Assembly: GCA_002104945.1 (NCBI GenBank) | Contig: MCFH01000046.1 | Span: 248,001 to 312,000, forward strand | Origin: Piromyces finnis finn | Lineage: Eukaryota > Fungi > Neocallimastigomycota | Direction of reading: 5' to 3' | Length of the DNA stretch: 64,000 nucleotides | Shown: in pieces, positions 14,057-28,609 of the stretch | How positions within the stretch are numbered: the stretch's first letter is position 1 | Layout: every line of letters begins with the position of its first letter | Notes under the pieces: generated by a model | Told to the model about the DNA's origin: nothing | Databases searched by the model: none | What the model saw: the letters and a program-made list of their open reading frames with translations, nothing else | Position numbers and translations under genes: made by a program

Positions 14057-16134
14057 GGAATTAAAAGGTATTTATAATACAATTTTTATCTTTATAATTA
14101 TTGAATAGCCTTTTATCTTAATTTTAACTTTTGTAAATTAAAATAATTCAAAGGCAGTAAGATAATTATTTATTCGGATTTGTTATATATATTAAAATTC
14201 ATTTTACTTAATAAACATTAATATATGAATAAGTTGAATAATTTCGTTACTTTTTTATTTCTTTTTTATTTTTATTATTTTTTCTTTTAGACAAATTTTA
14301 ATTTATAATTGTTTAATTTTTTTTAGTCAATACATTGCTTAAACTTTTAAACAAAGGTAATATAAACTCTTCGTTACTAATATCTTGTTATCTTTATAAA
14401 ATATGCCTATAATAATATTATAAATAAATTGTAAAAACAAATTTTATTAAAGTAATTAGTTATAAAAAAAAAAAAAAGAAAAAGAAAAAAAGAATATAAA
14501 GTAATAATAAAAAAAAAACTTAAAAATGAAAAAATAAATGAATGAAACACAGAAGAGAAAGCTTTTAATGAAATATTTTTTTAATATATGTACTTACTCT
14601 TATATTACTGATTAATATTGTAATTGTAATATTTTTTTTTATTTGAAAAAAAAAAAAAAAATAACTTTAATACTTCTTTTTATTGTAGGTGGTATTTTAA
14701 ATATTTTTTTTAATGAATTTGAAAAATTTTAATAAAAATAATATTAATAAAATATTATATATGGGAATAATATTAATACTATTTCTATTTTTTTTATTTT
14801 ATTTAAAAAATAAGCAAGTTTTTTTTATCTAATATATTTGATTAATTTTAGTGTAATTTTATTAGAATCAAAACTTTTATTTTTTTATATCAAGCCACAC
14901 AAAATAATTTTATATAATAAACAAATAAAAAAAATTTACTTTTAACATACAATAAATACCAAAAATTAGAATTAATTGTTCATAGATTTTTTTTTTTATG
15001 AAGTTTGTTTTAGTTGTTTTATTTATGTTAACTAGCCACATCTAGTAAATACTAAAAAATTTCATTTTATAGCATAAGTTCTAATATTCTCCACATATAT
15101 ATACTAATATAATCATTAAATTAATGTAGAACCTATATATACCATTTATCGTAAAGAATATCTTTAGGATTAGATTTAAATAAGGTTATAATTTAAAGTT
15201 TATTAATCATGCTATTTTTGTTATTAATTAATTCCAAAAAAAAAAAAAAAATCATATGTTTTTCTTTTTTAATTCTATTACCATTCATTTATTCATTTAT
15301 TTAGGGCAACTTTAAAAAAAATAAAAATATTAGTAATAATAATGGCTCATAATAAAATAAAAAAAAAAAGATATAGATTATAGGCATTTTAATAATATAT
15401 AAAATATAATAATAGGAATATATTTATTTTTTGAACTATATTGTTCTGGTTTTTTATTATTATTTTATAAATTTAGCTGTCATCCATTTTTTTTAACAAT
15501 AAACATTTTTCTTTTTTTTTCTTTATAAGTATATTAAATTAATTAAATTAATTTCTTATAAAAGAAATTGTGGATAATATATTAATAAAACTAATATATT
15601 AAACACATATAATTTTTTTTTTCTTTTTTAACGACAATAAAAGATTTTGAACCTCATAGAACGTAATAATATGCTACATTAAGTTTTTTATAATAATCTA
15701 AATATATTATGAAGTATTCTCTCTGTAAAATACTTATTTAATAAAAATAATTAAAAAAAACATTAAATGTTAGCTTTAATAATAACAAGTAAATAAAGTG
15801 GCAAAGCTAATTAGTATAATAAGATAAAATAAAATATATACAACATTTAAGAATATAAAGTTTAATCACAATTTGAAATACTATAGAAATAATAATGCAA
15901 GACAATAGAGAATAAAATGAATGGATTTGAATATATAAAATATTTATTTATATACTATTTAAATGAAATATAGTTATTACCTTTAAAAAAATATGATTTT
16001 TTAATAATTTATATTATAGCAAAATTTGTAACTATTAAAGTTTATTTTATAATATCAAATGATAGTCTTAATTTATATATATGTCTTTTTTTTTATATAT
16101 TTTCATCGTTAACTCAATATTCTATTAAAAAGTA

Positions 16135-16189
<55 letters not shown>

Positions 16190-16192
16190 ATA
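16135..16192. repeat. (TAAA)n microsatellite
   Basis: About 14 consecutive TAAA units in intergenic DNA. Confidence 0.9.
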
Positions 16193-16495
16193 TTTTCACA
16201 AAGAATTATTCTAATATTATTTTATAAAATAATTATTGATTATTGATCTAATTGATTAAACAATTTCGTAACATAGTGAATTATTAAATGCATTTGTGAA
16301 TCAATTTTAAGCTATTTACTTCAGAAGATTATATTTTATAAACATAAAAATATCATTAATTTTGTTTTATAAACAATTAATGTATATATAATTAATAATT
16401 ACTTTAATGATTATCTTTTGTATAAATATAGAAAAGAAATGTTTATTATTCTTATTTCTTATTTTGTTTTATGGTTAATTAAAAAAAAAAAAGCA

Positions 16496-18635
16496 TTATT
16501 CCTTGTTTTCTTTTTTTAATCTCTTTTTCTCTTGTTTTATTAAAAATTTTTCTCTTACACATTGGATTGATTCACATCTTTGACGATTCATTACTTTAAC
16601 ATATTTTTTTTCTTGAACATTTTTGGAACCAGAACATAATGTTCCTTTCATAACATTATTAATTACATCATTAAATCTTTTTTCACATTTTTGTTTTTCT
16701 TCTTTATCTTCATTAATACTTTTACGTTTATATATAATTTCTAATTCTTGCTTATCATTTTCTAAACTTTGAGTATTATCTATATTTGTATTTTCAGTCT
16801 TGATTTTTTTAGTTTTATGTAATTGATCCATATCCTTCTCATCCACTTTGTTACTATTATTGTCTTCATTTGTTATTTTTTTTTCTTCAGGTTCAAAATG
16901 TCTTAAAGGTTTTTTGATATGGTTATTATTACTAGCATCTGGTAAATATTTTACATCACGGATTAAAGTTTCAATCATAGCTGATTTAATTTGTTTCATT
17001 TTCCATTGGTTAAATACATTTAAAAAGAAATTTTTTGAATTATATATTGGATCATCACTAAAATAATCTTCTAGTCTCCATTGAAATGTTCCTTTTGGAT
17101 AGCCTGTATCTACCAATACTAATGGAAATTCGTCAGCTAAATCATACGATGGTCTTCCTAATTTACCATCATTATGTTGAGATAAATCCAAAAGAGTGTC
17201 GATGATTTCTGGCTCTTCTAAATGTCTACCAATTAAAAATAATATTCCCATGAAAAATCGAACTTGGTGCCATAAAAAGGCTTTTCCACAGACTTCGAAT
17301 ATATACATATCAAATGGTGATGATTTTTCTATATTATACGATTCTTTCTCTTCATTTTTATTTTGTTGTTGTAGAGAATGTTTTTTTAAATATTCATCAT
17401 TTAACTTGTCAGGATCTTCAATAAATACTTCATTGGGCTCAACCTGGTCTGTTGGAATATTAATGGTTTTTTCTAAATGATTCATTTTATATATTTCTGC
17501 CGAGTAAACCGTTCTTCGATAATGTGAATTATATAAGGGATCTATTTTACAAAAATTTCTAAAATCATGAACGCCAACAAGTTTCTTTGCAGCTTTTTGC
17601 ATCAATGGTATATCTAAACGTTGGGCTGGGAAAAAATATTTATAAGTTCTGTAAGTACAATGGAAACGAGCATTGAAATTCTTATCAACTGGTGACCAAC
17701 TGATAATACGAATATCTGAAGGTAAAAGTCTATTTAGTATAGTAACATATGCTAATTCTTCTTTTTTCGGTTGCTTTTTCGACTTTATATATAAAAATAA
17801 ATTTATTTTTTATTGTTAAAAAACATGTAGTTATAGGGTATAAAATAAATATTTATATCATAATATAAAAATATATCGATTAAAGAAAAAAGAATATTAA
17901 AATATTATAATAATTCATTTAAATATCATAATATTTTATCATAATTTTAAAATTCCTCTTATTACTATTAGGAATTTTATCACAATTTTAAAATTAAAAT
18001 AAAATATTTTATCATAATATTTTATTTTAAATTTTAAAAAATTCTAAATTAAAAATACAAGAAAATATATAATCTCATACCTTATTACTTTGATTTTTGT
18101 TGTTACTTAATTCTTCAATAGTTTTATCTTTTTCTGAATTGCAAATCTCATCTATAGCTATAGCGTTGCCCATTTTTGAATTTAAATTTGTATTATCATT
18201 TTCTGATAATTCATCATTTTCCATTAATTCTTTCCATGTGAAAACATCTTCACCATTTGCTGGTAAATTTGACCGAACACATAAATTAACAATTTGGCAA
18301 AATGCGCTTACACCTTTGTCAGTTCTTCCACAACGATTATACCTACAAGATTCTCTATCTTTGATTAATTTCGCAGTCTGAAGAGCTTTAAATAAATGTG
18401 ATTCAATAGTATCAACATTCTCACCTTCCTGGGCGGCATAACCATAATAATTCCAACCAAGATAAGCTATTTTTAATGCTATTGGCCTTTGATTGTATTT
18501 TTTTATATCAAAAGGTCTTTGTTTATGAAAATATTTTTTTTTCCCTTTTCCTATAATATTAAATTCTTTTTCATATGATATTATTCTTTCAATCAATTGT
18601 TCCTTTGTCCATTTATGATATTTTACACTATCCAT
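16496..18635 (-). CDS. PUS3: tRNA pseudouridine(38/39) synthase, TruA family (Pus3/Deg1), 2 exons
   Basis: Motifs IALKIAYLGWNYYGYAAQ, YNRCGRTDKGVSAFCQ (catalytic Asp), LPSDIRIISWSP, FNARFHCTYRTYKYFF, LVGVHDFRNFCK and GKAFLWHQVR. Confidence 0.92.
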
Positions 18636-19125
18636 TTTATAAATTATTAATTCTTCATTATATATATTATTAATTAAATATAGTGTTATTATAATTATAA
18701 AAGATGAAAATAAATAACTTATTTGTTATCCAAAAACTTTTAGTATTAATATTTTATAAAAACTTTTGTGATACGTTAAAAAAAAAAGAAAAAATTATTT
18801 AATAAAATTATTTATAAGAAAAAAAATAAAAAAAAATTTTAATATCATAATTAATTTAAATAGGAAACTTTATTATAATTAATGATAAAATATACATAAA
18901 ATTTTTATAAATATTAGTTTGACAAATATAAAATAAAGAATAATTAAAATATATATGTTTACTAAATTCTAATGTAGCTCATAAATCACTATAAAAAGAC
19001 CATTTATATTAATATATTATTTCTAACTAAATTTTTTGTATAAATGTTTATGTAATATAAATATATATGCATATATAATATATTTTATTTTAAATTATTT
19101 TTTTTTTCCTTCATTATTTTATTTT

Positions 19126-22100
19126 TTATTTCTTTTCTATCTCAGCAACGGGAATTTCCTCAATCGGTGGTTTACTTTCATTTTCTTTCAGATGCGTAGA
19201 AGTATCTTCATATAATTCATTAATATCACTGTTGACATTTTTAATTACATCATTGTTTTCAGTTGTTTTTTTAATATCTTCATCTTTAATTTAAAAAATA
19301 ATAATAAAAACAGTAATAAAAATAATTAATATTTACTTTTATTAATTTTGTATTTTATTTTATCAACTAGATTATTGTAAAAAATATGTCTTCAACAATA
19401 CCTTTTATAAAGCTCTCTACTTTCTCATAATTATTCAATACACGATCAAATGCTGTTGTTGTATTATCTTCTGGAACCTTATATAATTTATTATTTCTTT
19501 TATGTTCTGCGAAAAGACGGTCAACTTGGTTTTGATTAATTGAGGTATCAGCATATAATTTAACAGATTGACTAGTAGATTCGCTTAGGGTTCGATGCTT
19601 AGGTTTTCTAACTCTAGATGTAGGATAATCTTCCTTATTAGATGTAGATAAAGTTGAACGATACTCATTATTATTACATTTTCTAATATTTCTGCCAGAT
19701 GAAGAATTATAAGTATCACCACTAATATGCTTTCCTCTTCTTATAGTAGAGGTTCCAGTGGCATTTGTTGTTGAACAACGCTTTGGTCTAGTTGATTTTA
19801 ATTTAGCACCGTAAATTAATTCAGTCTGCTCCAATGGTGATTTTTCTCTTTTTAATTCTTCGTTATCATTCTTTTTAATTGGTGGTACGTGTTTTTGTTG
19901 TGTTTTTTGTCGTATTGGATAATTTTCTGGGTAAGTAGATATATTTCTTAAATACATTTCTGTAATTAATCTTTCTTTTTTCCATTGATCAACAGAACAA
20001 TAAGGCTTCTTTTCTTTTAATCTTTTTAGCAATGTCTAGTTAATAATATATTAAACAGCATCAATAATTGAAATTAAAAAATAATTTGATACTTATTAAT
20101 TAACAATAATTATAAAATACTTACCATTGATTCTCTATTCATTTCATTTTCTAATCTTCTATTTTGATCTATATGTAAACTTCTAAATACAGGCTCAATA
20201 ACATCATTATTATCATCTAAATTAGATGTACCAACATTATTCTTTCCTTGATAGATCATTCGATTTAATATATTTTGATTATTTTTTCTTATTTCATCAT
20301 CTTTCTCTATATATATTGATAGAATTATAGATAAAATATAAATATTAATATTTAATATATACATAATGTTGTACCTGAAATTTTTCAATTTTAATATATA
20401 TTATATTCGTTTTCTTGCCTTTTTTCATTTGTCTTGCTTTTAACTTTTGATCAATGTGCACATATCTTTTTGGAGAATCATTGTCAACAGTTTTCTTAAT
20501 ATTTAAAATATTCATTTTATGAATAGAATATACATAATTATTCCACATATTTGCCATATAGCGATTGCAAGAAGGCTTTATTGAGACAAAAGCTCTATAA
20601 TTGTTTTTTAAGCTCTTTTTATTAGTACTTTTTTTCTTTTTATTAGCTTTAGTTTTTGTATTAGTATTATTTTTACTTATAGTTGTATTTTTATTGCTGG
20701 GTTTATTACGATTAGTTTTTTTATCATTATTATTCTCACTTTCATCTTCAGAACTATGGATTGAAATATCACCTGCAATTACTCTTTGTCTTTCCATCTC
20801 GATTCTATCCAATTCTTCTTGAACTTTTCTATTTCTTATTTTACCGATATCTGAGTTTTTTATAGCATTTCTTGTGGATAAAGGCATGCCCTTTCTTAAT
20901 TTCTTATCGAAATCTGAATCATCAGGATTTTCATCTCCAAAGTGTATCTTTTTCAATTTTCTATTTTTCATTCCTTCTCTTTTTAGATTTTTCATATTAT
21001 GATTATCATTATCATCGTCTTCGTATTTGTTTTGTTTATCAAGTGGACATGTATGTAATCTATTATGTATTATATTTCTTTCACATGAATTATTCCTATT
21101 TCTCTGTTTTCCAGCTACTGCGGTACGTGGTCTAGGTATTTTATTTTTTATATAGGGATTGCTATTAACAGGATCTACTGTATCTTGATTATTACTTTTA
21201 CTTGTTTTATTATAACTATTATTTGTGCCCTTATTTCTATCCATATTCATATTTTGATGATTTTCGCTATTATCATTTAGCTTATATAAATACGCATTAT
21301 CAAATTCATTTTTATCATTATTGGTGTTATTATTTTTTATCTTTTCATCATCCTTATTTCTATTTCCAGATAATCCTTCATCAATTTCTTTTTGTTCATT
21401 TTTATTGTTATTATTACTGTCATTGCTATTATCATTATTATTGACAGAATCCATATAAATATATTTACTAATATAATCATTATTATCATTATTATTTGTA
21501 TTTTTGTTATTTATACTTGAATATTGCTCATTATTTTGATTAGAGAATAAATTTTTATTACTATTAGTAGATTCATGAATTAAATCATCTTTAATATTTA
21601 TATTTTCTTCCTTTTCTTTATTATAAGATAAGCTTTTATTAATTATATCATTCGCAATTGATCTAGTTTTAATTTCACTAATATTTCCATCTAAATTAAT
21701 ATTTTCATTTTCATTCCCTTCATCATCAATTAAGCTTTTATTAATTATATCATTCACAATCGATCTAGTTTTAATTTCACTAATATTTCCATCTAAATTA
21801 ATATTTCCATTTCCATTCCATTTATCATCAATAACATTTTTATTAGTTATATCATTTGAAATTGATCTACTTTTAATTTCACTAATATTATTTCCTAATT
21901 TAGAATCTTCATTTTCTTTTCTTTTATTGTCATCAGTTGAATTTACATTATCTATATTATTAATGATTGATCTAGTTTTAATTTCATTAGTATCATGTAC
22001 TTCATCATTATTATAAGATTTACTTTCTCCATCAGAAAATTCATCCCCAAAGTTTGTGGTTGTTGGACGAGAAGTTATATCATCATATTCTTCTGTTGCA

Positions 22101-22592
22101 CCATTTGTCTCTGTTTCTGATACAGTTGGAACACTTCTTCTAATAACTTTTGTTGTTGTAATAGTTTTTTCAAAAATTTTTTCTTTTGTCACTACATAAT
22201 CTGAATCTTCATATCTTTCTTGATCACCTTCTGTTAAATCCTGTAATGAATTTTGACTATTACTTTTGATTGTTACCGGTTTTGCTTCATCTACCCCAGA
22301 ATGATATAATTCTTCATCATCACCTATAATTTATAATTTACATTTTATTATTTGAATTGTAATAATAAATAATTATAAATAATTATATATATATAATAAA
22401 TTTGTTAAGCAACATTCTAATCATTAATCTTACTTAAATTTTGGATTTGAAGATCATCATTTTGGTCTATATTTATTTCCAAAACATTAATATTAGGAGG
22501 AAACAGTATTTAGTTATTATAATGTTTTTTTTTTTTAATATATATTGTTCTCTATTTTTCAATTTTAATTTAATACCTCTTTCAGATTCCAT
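19126..22592 (-). CDS. CFAP97/Hemingway (KIAA1430 domain) family ciliary protein with very long Asn-rich N-terminal region, about 5 exons
   Basis: ATG at 22592 opens exon 1 (MESERGIKLK...QIQNL|), which splices into the long exon. The conserved block YRAFVSIKPSCNRYMANMWNNYVYSIHKMNILNIKKTVDNDSPKRYVHIDQKLK...EIRKNNQNILNRM...LLKRLKEKKPYCSVDQWKKERLITEMYLRNISTYP resembles CFAP97D-type domains as remembered. Confidence 0.7.
21595..22000 (-). repeat. Coding tandem repeat, about 4 units of 102-105 bp (34-35 aa; core NISEIKTRSIxNDI)
   Basis: The GATCTA[G/C]TTTTAATTTCA core recurs at about 21660, 21762, 21864 and 21969. Confidence 0.85.
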
Positions 22593-24198
22593 TATTTATA
22601 TATATATATATAATTTGATCAGATATTATATTATATAAATTATAATGAATCTTGCCCTGATTAAACTTTTAGTAACAATAATTATATAAAAAAGAAACTG
22701 TTAAAGTTCTAAAACTGAAATATATTGAAAAAAGAAAGTTCCAATACTATTATTAATTATTACATATATAAATTTGTGGAAATAAACAAGTGGTTATTAA
22801 TACAATATAGCATAAATATATAAATATAATAATTATATTAATAAGAAAACAGTCATTATATTAAATATATCCGATAATTTTTATAAATATTTATAAATAC
22901 ATGTTTTTCATTTATATGAAAACCTTTATATTTATTTATTTATTTGTATATTTTTTAATAATTCAGTTTTTAATTTTAAATAATTTTTTAAAAAATCCCG
23001 TAAATATAAATATATTTTGTTTTTTATTTTATTTTATATCTGATTATATATATTAATAATTTGATATATATAAGTAATATATATACCCACAATTATTTAT
23101 TATTAATATCAATTTATTAATGAAGATCCTGTAATAAAAAAAAAACAATCCCAACTGTAGAATATTGAAGGTATAATTCTAACTTGTTATTTCATATATA
23201 TTTACAGTTCTCAAAAGTTTTTATTTTATTAAAATTTCTTTAATCCTTTTTGAATTTAGTTTTACTCAATAATTTTATTATATATAAAATAAATATTTAT
23301 AATAAATATTATATAATAGAGATAAAATATTACTTCTTTCTTTACACTGTTATTTTATAATTTTACTAGAAATAATAAAACATTAATTTAAGAATAATAA
23401 AACAAAATCATTATAAATAAGTATCATCAACCTTTTAATTTTTAAGGAATAATTTTGTTTAATTTGAAGTTAAAATATTAGTTTTTTTTTATTATTTTTA
23501 TAAAGATTAAGATTAAAATAAAATTATAATATATTTTAGTTATAATTAAATGGAATTATTTATTTATATATATAACATAATCTTTATTTAATTATATAAA
23601 ACGTTAATAAAATACTTTTTTTATTACTATTAAAATTAACAAACATTTATATTATCTATGTTGTTTAAATCATTAAAATTAAGGTTTTTAAAGCTTCTTG
23701 ATATTATTGTAGATGTGTAAGAAAAAAAAAAATTATAATTATTAAAATTTTATAAAAAAATATTTTTTTTTTATCTAAAAAAATATATCCATCATATTAA
23801 TATTTATTTGCTTTATATTATTTTATTTTGCTTTTATTTTAGCGTTATATTTTTATATTTAATGAAAATATATCTTGAATTTATAACTATTTTTATTTTT
23901 AATTTTTTAAATATTTGTAATTTTTTTTATTTGTTTTATTGGGTAATAAATATGTTTTTTGTTAAATATTTTAAATAATTCTTTATTAATTATACTGAGA
24001 TGTATAAATTAATATGAAATAATCAAATGTGTTAAAAGAATATGATAAAAAATTGTTAAATTACTTTTAATATTTTATATGATTTTAATTTTTTTTTTTT
24101 TTTATTTTCAGTTTAAAAGAGTACATTATACAAAATCTTTTAATTATTAGTAAACAATATATTTATTATATAATTTAATATTTTGTATATTTGTTTAA

Positions 24199-24200
<2 letters not shown>

Positions 24201-24233
<33 letters not shown>
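24201..24233. repeat. (TTA)n microsatellite
   Basis: About 11 TTA units just beyond the stop codon of the Nudix/eIF2B-like gene. Confidence 0.85.
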
Positions 24234-24235
<2 letters not shown>

Positions 24236-24252
24236 AATGTTATTTTAATTTT

Positions 24253-26184
24253 TTATAACATGTCAAAAATAACTCTAGCTTTCTTATATGTGAACCATAT
24301 CTTTCTCATTTCTTCTAAACCAATTAAACCATCTTCCATTAAATAACCACTAATTAAACGTGGATCAACTTTTTCGAAATAGACATTACGTACTTCAATA
24401 AATTTATCACTTTCTCTAGTCCACCATTGTCCATATGAAGATGTAACTTCACTGGCTTCATTTTCTTCCATGTTAATTTCATCTTCGTCTTCACCAATTT
24501 TATCTCTTTGAGTTACAACAAAGACAGGAACTTCACCTTCATGATAATAATTTACAGCCATTGCCATACACGCGCTACCCATTTTATTAACAACAGAACC
24601 ATCTTCACCAACAACACGATCAGCACCTAAAAGACAATAAGTTACTTTTTTCGTCTTTAAATAATAAGCTACTGAGGAATCAGTAATTACTGTTATACGA
24701 ATACGTGGCTTTTGAGAATTTGGGAAGTATCTTAATTCATTTTTTGAAATATAATCATTTAAACGTTGAGCCAAATATAAAGCACCTTCATTTAATGGGC
24801 GTGATTCTAAAATAGTAACTTGCAATGTATATGGTTTTGGACTGTTATGTACAGCATGACATAAAGCAAGTAATAGTTTAAAAATAGTTGAACTGAAACT
24901 AACAGTAATAACTGATAAGTTGTAATCAGCTTCAATACCTGAATCTTGATCAACATAATTTGTATCAAACATTGGGAAAAGATGTTGAATAGCATTTCTA
25001 TTGATTCTCTTTTGAACAGTAGCGGCAGAATCTAAATAAGTTTTAATGCTATTAGATAGAGATTCTTGAAATTCTGCAGTATGATCTAATGAACTACCAC
25101 GGGTATCAATAAAATTTTTGGCTTCATTTAAAATAACACTTACATTATTAATAATTGATGTACTCATGGTTGGTCTAATAACGGAAATATGATGTGCTAT
25201 ATTTAACAAATAAAGAAAGGTTTTATTTAAGTTATCAAATTTTTCTCTTGGAGTTTCTTCTGTTGCTACTTTAAGTAAAGCTAATGATTTCCATGTATAT
25301 TCTAAAGCTCCTGATGATCTATCTCTTTGTAATTCATATAAACCGGTATGAATTTTATCAGGTAAATAAACACGATCAATGATATCTTTAAGTTGAGGTA
25401 CAATTTGATAATTATTAATCTTTTGGGGTTCGACAAATGATACTTCACTATATTCAGGATCAAGTTTTATTTTTTTTGGGTCAGTAATAATCTTAAAAAG
25501 ATATGGATGAACTATACCAAATTAATTATAAAATATAGTGAAATAATTAATAATAATTTTTAATTTAAATAAATATCATTTAACATGTAAGTTATTTTTT
25601 TAAAAAAAAGAAAAAAGGTGTGATATAATATCAATATAATATAAATATATTTATTTAATATTGATATTATATAAATGAATAATTCCAAAATTATTCATTT
25701 ATTTATACATACCGACACCTTCTACGCCATTATTTTTTATTTTTAGTGGTTTTCCTGTTCTAATAAAATGTAAATCATGTTCGCTGAAACCTGTTTTTTC
25801 TTTAATATCAGTAAGAGCTCTTTGCAAAAAAGACTTATCATTTGGTTCAAGACTTCCTGTAATACCTTTGTAATTTTCATTATATACCAATAAAAATATA
25901 TAGATTTTAAAATGTATTTATTTTAAAATAACAAAAGTCAAGCAATTTAAATTGAATTTCAAATTATTTAAATTTACTTATTGAGTAAGTTCATTTATAA
26001 AATTTTTACCTCCCCAATGATGTTGATATGATGATACTTTATCGCTTCTTTTTAAAAGTAAAATTTTATTTCCTTGAGTTTGAGGTAATAAAGATTTTTT
26101 CCATTTTGGTATAGCTTGTGGTAACACATTGGTAGGTGGATCACTAATGGTTAACAAAGAAGTAATTAATCTGAGTTGATTCAT
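24253..26184 (-). CDS. Nudix-fold + eIF2B/MtnA/R15P-isomerase-family fusion protein, 3 exons
   Basis: Nudix-like N-terminus: KILLLKRSDKVSSYQHHWG|GITGSLE...RALTDIKEKTGF...VHPYLF. IF-2B-like C-terminus: DRSSGA, RPTMSTSI, ILESRPLNEG, LLGADRV, VVNKMGS and RNVYFEKVDPRLISGYLMEDG. Confidence 0.8.
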
Positions 26185-28609
26185 TTAATATTACCTTTTT
26201 TATTATATTATATATACAATAATTATTAGAAAGTTTTTATTTATTTTGAAAGGTCATTTTATAATTTAATTTAATTCTTGAAAAATGTGGTTTAAAAGAC
26301 TCTTTAATTTATATATTTTTATTTTTATATTTATATAGCTATTATGAATAATTGTGATTATTGTTTTAATTTTCATATTTCTTACAAAATAAGAAATTAT
26401 AGAATAGAAAATAGTTTTTATATATATTAAATATAATTTCCAACAATTTAATATTCAGTAGATTTTTGTATATTGAAATTCGTATTTATTGAAATTGCTT
26501 CTTCAAAATAGTATTATTAATTAATTAGTAATGTTTAAGAATGAGGAAATAATAATATAATTTGTGATTATATATTTTTATAGCGTTTTTATTATTATAT
26601 AAGTATATTTTCTTTTTAAACATTTAATAATATTTTCTATTAAAATTTCTTCTTTATTAATTCATACCTTTATATTTTTTTATAATATTCTCTATTAATA
26701 ATTCGTTTTTTTTTTATATTTTTATATATTATATAAAAAATATTTTTAAATAAAACTGGTTTATTATATATTTTATTTAAAAAAATTTTTTTTATAAAAT
26801 TAAAACTAATAAATTAATGATTGAAATTTTAATTGGAATGAATGAATATTTATTAATTAATAAATGAATAAATGAATAAAAAATATTTTGAATTTAAAAT
26901 TATTCAGTTTATAAATTACAAAAAATATACATTAATAAAATTAACTACTTTTATTAATTATATAGTGTCAATATTATTTATTATACTAAAATTAAATGGA
27001 AATTATTTAACAAATGATTTATATAATAAAGTATCTTTTTATTATATAAAGCATTTTTTTATATAAGTATCTTTATAAATATTATAATCTATTAAATGAT
27101 TTTATATACAATAAAAATATTTTATATATACTCTTATTTTCAATATTGCAAAAAATATAATAATATTTAATATCAGAATTTTATATAAACATATTAAAAA
27201 GATTAATTTCAATTATTTACAAAATTTTATTTGATCTTTATAGTTAATGTATATGTATTTGATGGATTGTACATTTCAATTATATTTTTATTATATATAA
27301 TTTTTTTAAGGTATACAAAAAAGAAGAAATTATTATTATTAAATACAACACATGTTAAATGATATTAAATTTTTATATATTATCAAAAAATAAAATAAAA
27401 TCTATATTTAGAAAACAGTAAAGTAATGAAATAATAAAATAGGTTATATTCAAAAAAGGTTAAGATATATCTATTAAATATAAATACTTTAAATGTCCAT
27501 TTATTATTATTTAAATTTATCAATATATATACACTGGAAGAAATAATCCTTTACCAATCCTTACAATAGAAAAAGGAAAGTAATTTCAAAGTAAAATATC
27601 ATGGCGTCAGAACCGATTAATTTTTTTTTATTACAGCAGATATAATAATATAAAAAATAACGCTCAATTTAAATATATATATTAATATATATAATGATTA
27701 TAAATAAAATTTATAATATGAAAATAAACATTTTTCTTTTTTTTTTTTTAATTATTAATCTTTGTTTTTAATTTAATAAAAAGCATATAATTAAAACATA
27801 CCATTAATGTGTTTATCTAGACGCTTTTTTTTTAAAAAAAAAAAATTACATTTATATATTTAATAGTGTATATATAAATTAAAAAGTCATTTTTTTTTAT
27901 ATTCAATAGTTATTTATATTCAAAAAATTAATCTATAAATATCTCATACTTTACGATTTAATAAATTTTAAAATATTAAATTGAAATCTTTTTAAATTTT
28001 TATTTGTTCATGGTAAATTAAAAACTTATATTAAACGGCCTATACAATGAATAAAAATTAAATGTAATAACGTATCGTTTTAAAATGATTTGTTAAGATT
28101 AATTTATTATTCAAAATAAAATATATTAATCATAAATTAATATTTCTGAAAATGACTTTTATAAAATTTTAATAGATTTTATACTAAATTCTAATATATT
28201 ATATAAATATAGATTAATAATTATTTAACATTAATATATATTTTTATATTTGTAAAACTGAAAATATTAAATATTAAAATTAAGTGACTAACAAACGTTT
28301 ATTGTGGGAGATCTATAAAAAAAAATAGTATCTTTTTTTCTTGAAAATAATAATAATAATAATAATAATAAATTAATAAACAACTAATAATAATGGGAGG
28401 AAAATAATATTGTTACACAAACCTAACACAAAAAATATTAATATATATTAATTATTTTTATATAAATACTTTCATATTTTTTTTTTTAAACTTGTATATT
28501 CTATTTCATTAATAAAATAAATATAAGAAAAAAATATTAAAATTCTATTCATAAATAAGATATATAAAATTCTTATAGTTAATTTAATAGTAGCGAAATA
28601 TATATAATA

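Noticed and set aside
3883-22680. TAGTAAC half-sites (RFX X-box-like) near the kinesin-2 start (about 3883) and the CFAP97-like start (about 22670)
   Set aside because: These are half-sites only, and the 7-mer also occurs elsewhere and is expected by chance at this AT content.
23171-23207. GT...CTAAC...TACAG intron-like string in intergenic DNA
   Set aside because: It is only 37 nt and there is no open coding frame on either side.
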